Positions 52,868 through 62,448 of a DNA stretch of 64,000 nt are shown here, one piece after another. The translations under genes were made by a program, and so were the position numbers. The first letter of the stretch is position 1. Each line of letters starts with the position of its first letter. Source of the DNA: Candidatus Hydrogenedentota bacterium (GTDB taxonomy: Bacteria > Hydrogenedentota > Hydrogenedentia > Hydrogenedentales > SLHB01); the NCBI GenBank assembly GCA_045863295.1, contig BTWA01000028.1:1-64000 (forward strand), written 5' to 3'. Below the pieces are notes generated by a model that saw nothing but the letters and a program-made list of their open reading frames with translations, made no database searches and was not told the origin of the DNA.

Positions 52868-52983
52868 GGTGAATCTCCCGATGGGTTTGTCACTGTGGTG
52901 CACAAGTTTCCATTATAGGACTTGCGAAAGCGATAGGAAATCGGGCAATTCCCCGGGGTTTTGAACCGGGGGGCCGGAAAGTG

Positions 52984-54129
52984 TCACGCAATCTCGCGGT
53001 AACATGCGGCGAGTTGGCGCGCGCTGGCGTCCCATGTGAGTTCATATGCGCGTTTAAGCCCCATTGCCGACCGGTTGGCATTTCCGTTGCTGTCTTTCCA
53101 CATAGTGCAAATGCCCTCCATTATGGATTCGGTGCTGAGCGGATCGACGTACACGGCGGCACTTCCTGCCACTTCGGGCAGTGAAGAGCTTGACGCGGTC
53201 AGCACAGGCGTGCCGGCAGCCATGGCCTCCAGCACCGGCAGTCCAAATCCTTCGTAGAGCGAGGGATAAAGGCATGCGTGCGCGCCTTTGAGCAGCGCAA
53301 CGGCTTCGCGCCGGGACAAATATCCGGCGTGCAAAACACTGCCGTTTCGGCTTTGGGTTTCTATCGCGTCAAAGGTGCTCTCGGATTTCCAACCGCGCTT
53401 GCCTGCAAGCACAAGCGCTGGCAAATCGGGGAATCGTTCTCGCGCATGCACGTAAGCGGCAATCAGCCGCACAAGATTCTTGCGGGGCTCGATGGTTCCG
53501 AGATGGATGAAATAGGGGCCGGAAACACCTATACGCCGCAACGTTTCACTGAGGAATTCCGGACCGAAGTCTTCTGCAAACTCGGTGTTGTCAACCCCGT
53601 TGGGAATTGCGCGAATTCGATCAGCGGGTACATTCAGTATGTCCATCATTTCCTGTTTGCAGTGTTCGGAAACGGTAACAATGATATCTGCCTCTCGAGC
53701 GCACTGGCGCAGCAAGGTCTTTTGAACGTCGATAGTACGGGGTGTATGTGTCTCTGGAACGCGGTAGCACGAAAGGTCGTGCACTGTAACAACGCGGACC
53801 GCTTTACTCGCGGCGGGAGTTTGATGGCAGAGGTTGTGGGCAATGCGCGCTGGGCCGGAGAACCATTCGATAGGTGGCCAGGAGAACCGGGTCCAGGCGT
53901 AGTATTTGAGAAGCCGGCTGTGACCGTATATGGCTTCACGCGTTGCGCTTGGAATTTTGCCTGACAGCATGGGGACGGCGTGGCGATCGCCAGTTGCAAA
54001 AATGCGGAGGTCCAGTTCCGGGTGCAGCCTCGCCAGCGCTTGAATTTGGAATAGAGCCGCATAACCGACGCCTGTCATAGGGGTCTCGGCGGCACAACTC
54101 ATATCAAGAGCGACCGTGAGGGAGTTCAT
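52984..54129 (-). CDS. glycosyltransferase family 4
   Basis: TVHDL, PNGVD, GTIEPRKN, YEGFGLPVLEAMAAG. Confidence 0.93.
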   Translation of the reverse strand: MNSLTVALDMSCAAETPMTGVGYAALFQIQALARLHPELDLRIFATGDRHAVPMLSGKIPSATREAIYGHSRLLKYYAWTRFSWPPIEWFSGPARIAHNLCHQTPAASKAVRVVTVHDLSCYRVPETHTPRTIDVQKTLLRQCAREADIIVTVSEHCKQEMMDILNVPADRIRAIPNGVDNTEFAEDFGPEFLSETLRRIGVSGPYFIHLGTIEPRKNLVRLIAAYVHARERFPDLPALVLAGKRGWKSESTFDAIETQSRNGSVLHAGYLSRREAVALLKGAHACLYPSLYEGFGLPVLEAMAAGTPVLTASSSSLPEVAGSAAVYVDPLSTESIMEGICTMWKDSNGNANRSAMGLKRAYELTWDASARQLAACYREIA

Positions 54130-54172
54130 GTGCACCGCCTTCAGCGGCCTTGTTCAGGCGGACGCGCGGGAA

Positions 54173-54961
54173 TCATATGGGAGTGGCCCGTTGATCGCGC
54201 CGTGCATATGCAGGGTCAGCGGGCGAGGGTTCCTTGCTGGGACGCTCTTCCAGGATGTGCACAAGCGAGTCCAAATCCTCCCCATTCGGTTTGGGCTGCG
54301 CTTCGCGCTCAATGAGCTTGAAGGCGAGTTCCGTGGCACGCATCTGAATCTCTTCAGACGAGCCGTGCATCATCTTTTGCAGCAGAACTTGTTTCAACGT
54401 TTCCTGGGTCAGTCCGGACGCTGGGGCGGCGGCATCACCGGCGGAGTATTGCGCGGGTCTTTGTACACGTACGACAGTCGGCGGGGGATCCGGCACCGCA
54501 GGTTTATGTTCGAGCACGAGGCCGCGCGCAATGTTCATTGATATGACGCACTGTTGCCGCGCGGCGTCGATGTCGGAGTTGCCTGGATACTGAACCGATA
54601 GGTCATTAAAAAGGACTAGAGCCTCGGCATATCGCTTGTTGAAGTACAGGTCGACTGCTTCGGCGAAGCGCCTCTTGGCATCGTCGGTGGGCCGGTGCCC
54701 GTTGTGGGAGATCGATTCCTGGCGCGTAGCCTGAGGAGAGGCGGCCTCTCCCCCTACTGTGAATGCATGGCCGCAGGATGGGCACGAAACCGCACGCCCC
54801 AGCGGACGGCCAGGCGCGACAGGCGTTTTCACCGGCACTGCACTTTCCTTGGTGATGGCAATGGTCTGGCCGCAGCCTGGACACAGGCCCATCTTGCCCA
54901 AGGCGGACTGGGGTACTTGAATGCGTTCGCCGCAACTGCATATGACCATCAAGCGTCGCAT
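54173..54961 (-). CDS. hypothetical protein with zinc ribbon and TPR-like helix pair
   Basis: CSCG..CPGCG, extra CPSCG; FAEAVDLYFNKRYAEAL..YPGN. Confidence 0.7.
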   Translation of the reverse strand: MRRLMVICSCGERIQVPQSALGKMGLCPGCGQTIAITKESAVPVKTPVAPGRPLGRAVSCPSCGHAFTVGGEAASPQATRQESISHNGHRPTDDAKRRFAEAVDLYFNKRYAEALVLFNDLSVQYPGNSDIDAARQQCVISMNIARGLVLEHKPAVPDPPPTVVRVQRPAQYSAGDAAAPASGLTQETLKQVLLQKMMHGSSEEIQMRATELAFKLIEREAQPKPNGEDLDSLVHILEERPSKEPSPADPAYARRDQRATPI

Positions 54962-54995
54962 GGTCTACACGCGGATCCTCATTGAGTTGGCCGGT

Positions 54996-56738
54996 TCAAC
55001 GACGGCCCAGAAAACGCAACAAAGCTTCCACCATCATTTTCTGCTCGTCTTGTCCCGGTACGTCCATAATATCGGGCAACGAATTGGTATCTCGCACGGG
55101 AGCATCCGATCCATCCAAATCGACAGAGGCGGCCATCGGGGCATTCGCCGCAAGGGCGTCGGTAGGATGCAAGCTCTCGATAGCGTGGTTCAGGCGTTGC
55201 ACTTCCCGGCCTTTGGCATCTACTTCACCCCGGGCATTTTCCAATTCAATCGAGAGTCGCTCAATTTCGAACTGGCGGTCTTTGACCTCGGCCTGCAATG
55301 TTTCGATCGTTTCCTGACGCCTACGTGCCTCTCCCAATGCGTGTTCGGTCCGTTCCTCCGCATCTCGCAGATGCTCTTCAAGTTGCCTCAACGTCGACGC
55401 ACGATCCAGATCCCGGTCTTCCGCGTCTTTCAGGGATTGCTGAAATGTTTCTCGATCCCCGGTGAGTTCCACTACTTGATCACGCAGAATATTCATGTCC
55501 AGCGCGTTGGTACGGCAGGTGTCGCGAAGTGTGTCGACCTCCTGCCGGGTACGGCGCAATTCGTCTTCGAAGGCTGCCTTTTCGAGACGGATAACTTCCA
55601 CTTCCTGGCGAAGTTCATCGAGCTTGGCTTCCGCTGCGTCAGCCCTTTCGTCCGCCTGATGCACCTCGGCGGCGCGTTCCGCCGCAATACCTTTCAGTGT
55701 GGCGTGCTCGTTGTTCAAAAGCTCTAGTTCGCTTTCCAAAGAGCGCAACCGCTCCGCCGTATCGTCGGCGGCGATTCGCACAGAATCACGCGAGTCTTCC
55801 AAGCGCTGAATATCGGTTTGAAGCATTCGAATCTGTTCGTCTTTGGCGGCGGACGCCATGCGGCTTTCAATCAAGACGTTATTCAGATTCTCATTCTCGG
55901 CTTCCTTCTGTTCGATCTCGGCTTGCAACAAGTCGATCGACTGGCGAAGCCCGTCCAATTCGCGGCTCAACCGATCGCGGTCGGCCAATGCACCGGCGGA
56001 CTCTGTCTGGTCCTCATCACTGGCCTCCAGTGCATCCTGCAATTGGCGACGGAGTTCTTCGGTTTGTGCCGCCGATTGGTTCAGCTCTTCCAACAACCGG
56101 TCTACTTCACGCGTTTTGGCACGAAGTTGATCCTGTAGTTCTTCAACATGACCGATGCTTTCCGGGACCGGTGCAACGGCCATTGGCTCCAGGGCGTTTG
56201 CACGGGCCGCCAAAAGCGCCGATTCGAGTTCGGACACTTTGGATTCGGCATTTCGTACCGATTGGTCCGCCGCTGCTATTTCCGCCTCAAAATCTTCCAT
56301 TCGACGAGCCGACTGAAGCGCCTTATCCTCCAGTTCGCGGACTTGCCGCTCGAACCGGGAGGCCGCTTCACGCGATTGGTCCAGATCGGCCCGGAGGCCC
56401 TCGGACCTTTTTTCGGATTCTGCCAGAGCGGCTTTCAGTTGACTGATTTCGCGCTCCAGATCGAACCCGGGAGTTGCGCTTTTGAGTGGCGCGGCCGGTT
56501 TGGCCGGCAGGGTTGCGGCGGATGGCTTTGCAGGCGGTTTGGCAAAGGTAGCCGGAGACTTGGCTGTACTTACGGAGGTAGACTCGGGCTTTCCCAGGTC
56601 CATGGGAACGAGCACCACCCGTTTACATCTGCGGCACCAAGTGTGTTTTCCCACATTATCGGCATCAACAACCAATATTGACGAACATCGGGGGCATTCG
56701 AATGTGAGAGCTTTCTCGGGGTGTTCCATTCGGGCCAT
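54996..56738 (-). CDS. zinc-ribbon + long coiled-coil protein
   Basis: CPRC..CRRC, Pro/Ala linker, about 430 aa of E/L/R/A-rich heptads; start uncertain (56729-56762). Confidence 0.8.
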   Translation of the reverse strand: MARMEHPEKALTFECPRCSSILVVDADNVGKHTWCRRCKRVVLVPMDLGKPESTSVSTAKSPATFAKPPAKPSAATLPAKPAAPLKSATPGFDLEREISQLKAALAESEKRSEGLRADLDQSREAASRFERQVRELEDKALQSARRMEDFEAEIAAADQSVRNAESKVSELESALLAARANALEPMAVAPVPESIGHVEELQDQLRAKTREVDRLLEELNQSAAQTEELRRQLQDALEASDEDQTESAGALADRDRLSRELDGLRQSIDLLQAEIEQKEAENENLNNVLIESRMASAAKDEQIRMLQTDIQRLEDSRDSVRIAADDTAERLRSLESELELLNNEHATLKGIAAERAAEVHQADERADAAEAKLDELRQEVEVIRLEKAAFEDELRRTRQEVDTLRDTCRTNALDMNILRDQVVELTGDRETFQQSLKDAEDRDLDRASTLRQLEEHLRDAEERTEHALGEARRRQETIETLQAEVKDRQFEIERLSIELENARGEVDAKGREVQRLNHAIESLHPTDALAANAPMAASVDLDGSDAPVRDTNSLPDIMDVPGQDEQKMMVEALLRFLGRR

Positions 56739-56821
56739 GGGTGGTATTCCAATCGTCTTCATGTTGGCCGCATTATATCACTTCCAACGCATAACTGTAT
56801 ATTGTGTATTTTGACTTCAAT

Positions 56822-57607
56822 TCAGGGAATCAACCCAAGCAGTTGCGAGTGCACGTGCCCGTTTGTGATGGCGATGCCCTGCCGTCCCGACAGTGTCTGG
56901 ACCGATGAGCCGTCCAATTTGGAACTACTGCCGCCAGCTTCTTCGGCAATGAGCATGGCGGCGGCGAAATCCCACGGATTCAGACCCACGTGAACGTAAA
57001 TATCACTGTCGCCTGTCGCAATAGAGCAAATACCAATCACCGCCGCACAATAACACCGGACCTGGCCCACCTGTTCCATGAGCGGGCGGAACGTATCCAC
57101 TGTAGCGGCTCTGTCCCGTTGAACAGAGAAATCGATTTCGGCGCGCGCCATGGTCAGGTCCGTGACGTTGGACACGTGTAACCGCTGGCCATTGCGCGTT
57201 GCGCCGGCGCCCCGCTCGGCCAGGAAGAGCGTCTCCTGCATAGGTACCAGGACACCGCCCGCGGCCACTTCCCCATCTTGGCAAAAGGCAATCGACACGC
57301 CGAATGCGGGGAATAGACTGCGGACGAAATTCTGGGTGCCGTCAATGGGGTCAATCAGCCAGACCCGTCCGGCATTTTGGTGGGGCAATTCATGTAGGCC
57401 GGACTCTTCGCCGACGATGATGTCGTCGGGGTATTCGTCGCGGATGCGCGCGACGATGCGCTCCTGGACTGCCAGGTCCACTTCCGTCAGCATATCGTTG
57501 GGGTCTATTTTGTGGGATATGTGCACTTCGTGCCGGGCATTGTACCGGTCACGAACGTATTCAGAGACCGCCCTCAATTCCGCTTCGATGAATGCTATTT
57601 CTGTCAA
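56822..57607 (-). CDS. inositol monophosphatase family protein (SuhB-like)
   Basis: TEVD, GEE, WLIDPIDGT, WDFAA. Confidence 0.92.
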   Translation of the reverse strand: MTEIAFIEAELRAVSEYVRDRYNARHEVHISHKIDPNDMLTEVDLAVQERIVARIRDEYPDDIIVGEESGLHELPHQNAGRVWLIDPIDGTQNFVRSLFPAFGVSIAFCQDGEVAAGGVLVPMQETLFLAERGAGATRNGQRLHVSNVTDLTMARAEIDFSVQRDRAATVDTFRPLMEQVGQVRCYCAAVIGICSIATGDSDIYVHVGLNPWDFAAAMLIAEEAGGSSSKLDGSSVQTLSGRQGIAITNGHVHSQLLGLIP

Positions 57608-57786
57608 GTGAGTACCGCCTCTCTGCCTTTGCCGCTCACGTTGTTCGCGTTGGCGGGCAACAATTCGAATCCAGTTTGCATTTATTTAGTCTCCGTCGAG
57701 ATTGATGGGGACGTTCCCTGGCTGCCCGGATTCTGGATCGTTGTCGATAGGCACGACTGACATCCCTGTGCGCGTTACGCGCGCGT

Positions 57787-58518
57787 TCACGTATGCGATG
57801 CGGCGCGCTGTTGGTGGCGGACACCGGCCGCACCGGCAATGATGACGTCCGTGGCGATACCAAGAAAGAGCCCGTGGCCCACGAGACCCGCAATGGCATC
57901 GAGTTCACCTGCGAGCCCTTTGAGATCGGGAATCGGCCCGAATCTGCCGTCCAGAATCAGGTTGCCCTGGTCGCTGAGAAAGGGTTTTCCGTCGGCGCCT
58001 TGACGGACAGTGACCTCTTTGGCAAGCGCGGCAATGCGTTCGCGCACGGGCCTCAACGCGAAGGGAATGACTTCGATGGGCACGGGAAACAAGGTGCCCA
58101 GCCGGGGCGAACACTTGCTTTCATCTACCACGATAATGACGCGCTTCGATGCACTTGCCACGATCTTTTCGCGTATTAGTGCGCCGCCGCCGCCTTTGAT
58201 GACATTCAGATCGGGGTCGATTTCATCGGCGCCGTCTATGGTCAGATCCACGTGGGGATGGTGCTCTAGTGTGGTCAGGGGCACCCCCAGTTTTTCAGCT
58301 TCGCCCTGCACAAACAGCGAACAAGGCACACCGCGAATATCTTTGAGTTCGCCGGTTAGAATGCGTGCCGCAATGCGCCGAATTGCATGAATTGCCGTTG
58401 AACCGTGGCCCAAGCCCACGATCATACCGTCACGCACCGAGTCCACCGCCTGTTCGGCCGCCTGCTTTTTGTAAAAGTCTTTTGGATCCATTGCCTGTTG
58501 CATCGTACCCTTGCTCAT
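57787..58518 (-). CDS. rpiA: ribose-5-phosphate isomerase A
   Basis: GLGHGST, DGADE, KGGGGALIREK, VGHGLF. Confidence 0.96.
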   Translation of the reverse strand: MSKGTMQQAMDPKDFYKKQAAEQAVDSVRDGMIVGLGHGSTAIHAIRRIAARILTGELKDIRGVPCSLFVQGEAEKLGVPLTTLEHHPHVDLTIDGADEIDPDLNVIKGGGGALIREKIVASASKRVIIVVDESKCSPRLGTLFPVPIEVIPFALRPVRERIAALAKEVTVRQGADGKPFLSDQGNLILDGRFGPIPDLKGLAGELDAIAGLVGHGLFLGIATDVIIAGAAGVRHQQRAASHT

Positions 58519-58524
58519 TGGCTC

Positions 58525-58658
58525 AAAAAAGAAAAATGCGCCGCCTTAGGCACGCATCGGGAGTTCCAAACCGGGAAGCGAACCGAATGGTAGCGAAGCC
58601 GGGGCTGGAATTCCAGCCGATGGTCTCGCGGTTCACTTCCCGTCCGTGCGCCAGGCGG
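58525..58658 (-). ncRNA. candidate structured leader/ncRNA with terminator upstream of rpiA
   Basis: 14-bp stem, 16-nt palindrome, terminator-like hairpin with U-tract, CATAAT upstream; no family recognised. Confidence 0.45.
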
Positions 58659-58748
58659 ATTATGATCTGCGAAGCCCATCGGGATACGTTGATGCGGACG
58701 TCGATCTTCGGTACAGTCGCGGACATACCCATGTTGCGGAGACTAGCG

Positions 58749-59195
58749 ATGACTGTACAGACAGGCGGAAGGCAGGTCCTTGTCCACGGGCTGGCGCTGA
58801 TACTCGCCGGGTTGCTTTGGGGCATGTGTGTTCCATTGACGCCGTATCCGAGGCTTGCGCTGGGCGCCCACATCCAATTTAATGTCAACGGCATGTTGCT
58901 TATTCTGCTGTCGCTCGTGCTGACCAAGGTACCCAACCGTTCCGGAGCCGGGACTGCCGGGGCCATGGTTTTTACAGCCTGGATGACCTGGCCGATGGCG
59001 TTGTCGGAAGTGGCGAATGCATGGTGGGGAACGAGACAAGTCCTACCTATTGCGGCGGAGCAGGCGGGCGCTAGCGGGGGCGCGACATGGCAAGAACTCA
59101 TTGTGACTGCGTGCCACATCCCCGGGTCGATTGGTTTGATTCTCACAGTGGGACTGTTGTTGTCGGGCGTTCTAAGACAAGTTGACCCGGGATGA
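58749..59195 (+). CDS. four-TM membrane protein, styrene-oxide isomerase (StyC)-like
   Basis: HG in TM1, AHxxxxxNG in TM2; 148 aa; GGAGA RBS. Confidence 0.6.
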   Translation: MTVQTGGRQVLVHGLALILAGLLWGMCVPLTPYPRLALGAHIQFNVNGMLLILLSLVLTKVPNRSGAGTAGAMVFTAWMTWPMALSEVANAWWGTRQVLPIAAEQAGASGGATWQELIVTACHIPGSIGLILTVGLLLSGVLRQVDPG

Positions 59196-59376
59196 GGAGT
59201 GCGTGGCCACTGGCAAGAGCGGAAGCGGTCAACACACAAAACTAGATTTCGTAGAGCCACTTTCATTCACCGGCCGATTTGACAACCGCGCGAGTCCGAA
59301 TGAGAATGAGATTATTGGCGCCGCTCGCGGAGTTTTCCGCGGATGTACACATTCATTGCGAGGGGGAAATCGAATC

Positions 59377-59823
59377 GTGAAACCGAGTGACGAGATTCGC
59401 AATCCGTCGCTATTCTCGATCCAACTCGTCGCGGGCTGTATCATTACGATGATTTTTGTCTATGTGGCGGCCGGTTGGGGATTGATCGCCACAGGGGTAA
59501 TTCCGAAAGAGGGGCTGGGCGACCTCAGTCCGAGCGCATACACCACGCTGTCACTAGTGTTTGTGGCAATAGGTCTGCCGATCATTGGGGCATCGTTTCC
59601 GATCAAGCGCGCGCTTCAAACCAAGATTTCGGCGAGAAATGGTACGGGTCCATCCAATGCAAGCGCCATTGCAGTTGCTATTGCGATCTGCGAGGCACCC
59701 GCCTTGTTCGGGTTCACCTTGGCAATGCTGGGCGGAATTACACCTTACTGCTGGGTGCTCTGGTCATTGAGCTTCGCCGCGTCCATCTTACATTTCCCGT
59801 TGCGGATGCCTGAGCGGCCATAG
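59377..59823 (+). CDS. hypothetical four-TM membrane protein
   Basis: Four hydrophobic segments, CEAPALFG..HFP; GTG start after GAGGGGG. Confidence 0.7.
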   Translation: MKPSDEIRNPSLFSIQLVAGCIITMIFVYVAAGWGLIATGVIPKEGLGDLSPSAYTTLSLVFVAIGLPIIGASFPIKRALQTKISARNGTGPSNASAIAVAIAICEAPALFGFTLAMLGGITPYCWVLWSLSFAASILHFPLRMPERP

Positions 59824-59837
59824 TAGGAGAATCATCC

Positions 59838-60956
59838 ATGTGCTCATTGATTTCCATGATCTTCATCAGCGCCGCCGCGGGCGCGACCGCCGCAACCGGC
59901 ACGGGCGATCGTTGGGTGAATCCCGCGGTCACTCCACTTGAATGCACGCGCAACGGCACTTTTTTCCAGCGATCGGACGGTTCGCTGTTGACCATTGAGT
60001 CGGGACAAGTCAGGGCAAGCACGGATGGCGGTGTTTCCTGGACGCCCGTTGGCGTTCCGTTCGATGCAGGCGCCCAATTTGAGCATGTGGGCCATGTGGG
60101 CCAGTTTATGCAAATGCGAGATGGTTCATGGGTGGTTGTATATCTCGATATGGCCCATATCAACTGGGGCTGGAATGATGAACGAGGCGAACCAAACCCC
60201 GATGTGAAGCTCGAGATGTGGTCTGTACGGAGCAAGGACGAAGGCACGACGTGGATAGATAAGCAGCGCGTCCTGGATGGATACAATGCGGATTTTATGG
60301 GCTTTATCGAAACAAGGGACGGCCGCTTGGTCGCCTCGGTCGAACATTTGGATCCGAACATCAAGCGATGGGTCGCGATGTCACTGTGGTCAGACGATGG
60401 TGGGGTTACCTGGAACAAGAGCAATGTGATTGATTTGGGCGGCCATGGTCACCACGACGGCGCCCTGGAACCGTCCGTCGTGGAATTGAAAGACGGCCGA
60501 TTAATGATGTGGATACGCACGAACCATGATTACTTCTGGAAGGCGTATTCGAACGACGGCGGTCGCAATTGGCGTCACGTGGAGCGAAGCACGGTTGAAG
60601 CGAGTAGTGCTCCCGCGTGGTTAGGCCGAATGGCTAGCGGCCGCCTCGGCCTACTGTGGAATCCCGCTAAAGCGGAAGGCGCCACGGTAATCGATCGCCG
60701 GCCTCCTGGACCGGGCCACGCCAATCCGACATCCTGGTTTCGGGAAGAACTCTGTATTGCGTTTTCCGATGACGACGGCGAGACATGGTCTAAACCGGTT
60801 GTAATTGCGCGGCAGCCAAAAGGGCAGCTGTCGTACCCGTACTTTCTTGAACGGGCGCCTGGGGAACTGTGGGTGTTTACCCGGTACACGTTTATGCCGG
60901 GCGGCGCGGCGGCGCCGCTGCAGGTGCGGCTGAAGGAACAGGATTTTGTGAAATAA
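59838..60956 (+). CDS. sialidase-like BNR/Asp-box beta-propeller protein
   Basis: Asp boxes STDGGVSW, SKDEGTTW, SDDGGVTW, SNDGGRNW, SDDDGETW; EPSVVEL, SYP. Confidence 0.88.
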   Translation: MCSLISMIFISAAAGATAATGTGDRWVNPAVTPLECTRNGTFFQRSDGSLLTIESGQVRASTDGGVSWTPVGVPFDAGAQFEHVGHVGQFMQMRDGSWVVVYLDMAHINWGWNDERGEPNPDVKLEMWSVRSKDEGTTWIDKQRVLDGYNADFMGFIETRDGRLVASVEHLDPNIKRWVAMSLWSDDGGVTWNKSNVIDLGGHGHHDGALEPSVVELKDGRLMMWIRTNHDYFWKAYSNDGGRNWRHVERSTVEASSAPAWLGRMASGRLGLLWNPAKAEGATVIDRRPPGPGHANPTSWFREELCIAFSDDDGETWSKPVVIARQPKGQLSYPYFLERAPGELWVFTRYTFMPGGAAAPLQVRLKEQDFVK

Positions 60957-61039
60957 TTGCGCATAGACTCGCACATTTGGGCCATGAATCCAGTGTGGGT
61001 ATTTGCGCATCTCCCGTTCGTTTTGAGTAGGTACATGTA

Positions 61040-62344
61040 ATGAAGAAGACTGAGTCCGTTCGGTGGAGTCTCATGGCACTGTGTTGCTTCGTCACGGTGG
61101 CGGGGGCTGTCGCGGACCGATACGATGAACCGCCGATTGAGTACAGCAAGGCCGACGATAGCAATGCCGTGTCCCAAATGGCGGCCGATTTGGCCGATGG
61201 CACGCTGGTTCTGGAACGGAGTGCTCCGTTTGGATATCTGAAGCCGTTGCTGGCGTACCTGGGAGTGCCGCAGGAGTCTCAAGTGCTGGTTTTCTCCAAA
61301 ACCAGTCTCCAGACCCGATTCATTTCGCCCGATAGCCCTCGCGCTATTTACTTTAATGACGACATCTATGTCGGGGCCGTGAAGTACAGCGGCACAATAG
61401 AGATTTCGACGGCGGACCCGAAACTTGGAACGGCATTCTACACGCTCTCAGAACACGAATCGGGCCGGCCCATGATAACTCGTCAAACCGACAACTGTCT
61501 GCAATGTCACGCGTCCACCCTTACCGACGGATTTCCGGGGCACATAGTACGATCTGTTTATCCCGATGCCGAGGGCTTTCCCATTTTGCAGGCGGGCACC
61601 CATGTCACGACGCATGAGAGCCCATTTGTTGAGCGCTGGGGCGGCTGGTATGTCACCGGAACGCACGGAAGCATGCGGCACATGGGCAATTCGATTGCCG
61701 TTCCCACCGAGTACGCTGCGGAAATCGATACCGAGGCGGGAGCAAACAGAACTGATCTGACACACGTGGCGGATCTGGGAGATTACCTGACCCCACACAG
61801 CGACATTGTCGCCCTGATGGTTCTTGAACATCAGACACGAATGCATAACTTGATGACGTCCGCGGATTTCGAAACCCGTCTCGCCTTGCGTGATCAGGCC
61901 ATCATGGACGAGGCGCTCAATCGGTCTGGCGGTGAGCTGAGCGAATCCACGCAACGCCGGATTGCAAGCGCCGGATCCAAGCTGGTTGACTACTTGCTGT
62001 TCGCGAGGGAGGTGCCCCTGAAAAGTGCCATCGCTGGAACGTCGGGGTTCGCGGAGTGGTTCACAGCCCAAGGTCCACGAGACAGCCTTGGCCGTTCCGT
62101 GCGCGAGTTTGATCTCCGGACCCGCCTGTTCAAGTATCCGTTAAGTTACCTCATATATTCTGCGCAATTCGATGCACTACCTGTGGAAATGAGAGAATAC
62201 GTTTATGCTCGGCTGTGGGGCATCCTTACTGGCGGGGCCGATGCAGAACGCTACCCCCATTTGGATGAAGGAACGCGCAAGGCTATCCGCCAAATCCTGG
62301 CGGAAACCAAGACAAACCTTTCCAGCCATTGGAAAGCTGATTAA
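61040..62344 (+). CDS. secreted hypothetical protein with single CxxCH heme motif
   Basis: Signal peptide; SQVLVFSKTSLQ, PRAIYFNDD, CLQCH, RWGGWYVTG, SDIVALMVLEHQ. Confidence 0.8.
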   Translation: MKKTESVRWSLMALCCFVTVAGAVADRYDEPPIEYSKADDSNAVSQMAADLADGTLVLERSAPFGYLKPLLAYLGVPQESQVLVFSKTSLQTRFISPDSPRAIYFNDDIYVGAVKYSGTIEISTADPKLGTAFYTLSEHESGRPMITRQTDNCLQCHASTLTDGFPGHIVRSVYPDAEGFPILQAGTHVTTHESPFVERWGGWYVTGTHGSMRHMGNSIAVPTEYAAEIDTEAGANRTDLTHVADLGDYLTPHSDIVALMVLEHQTRMHNLMTSADFETRLALRDQAIMDEALNRSGGELSESTQRRIASAGSKLVDYLLFAREVPLKSAIAGTSGFAEWFTAQGPRDSLGRSVREFDLRTRLFKYPLSYLIYSAQFDALPVEMREYVYARLWGILTGGADAERYPHLDEGTRKAIRQILAETKTNLSSHWKAD

Positions 62345-62448
62345 AGTAGGGCGATAGCTTCGCCTATGCCATTCGTTGCAGGGTGCTTCCGCAAATCGTT
62401 ACACTCGCGCAAAGAGGCGGAACGCTGTATACACGGGGGAGGCATCCC

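Noticed and set aside
58549..58653. tRNA-Sec/tRNA-like reading on + strand (GGTTCACTTCCC...GCCA end)
   Set aside because: No proper T-stem or 7-nt anticodon loop, and the SRP helix-8 motif is also absent; kept only as an unassigned structured element.
58365..59266. 276-aa plus ORF extension and 247-aa minus ORF
   Set aside because: The extension overlaps rpiA and the structured leader; the minus ORF is antisense to the StyC-like gene.
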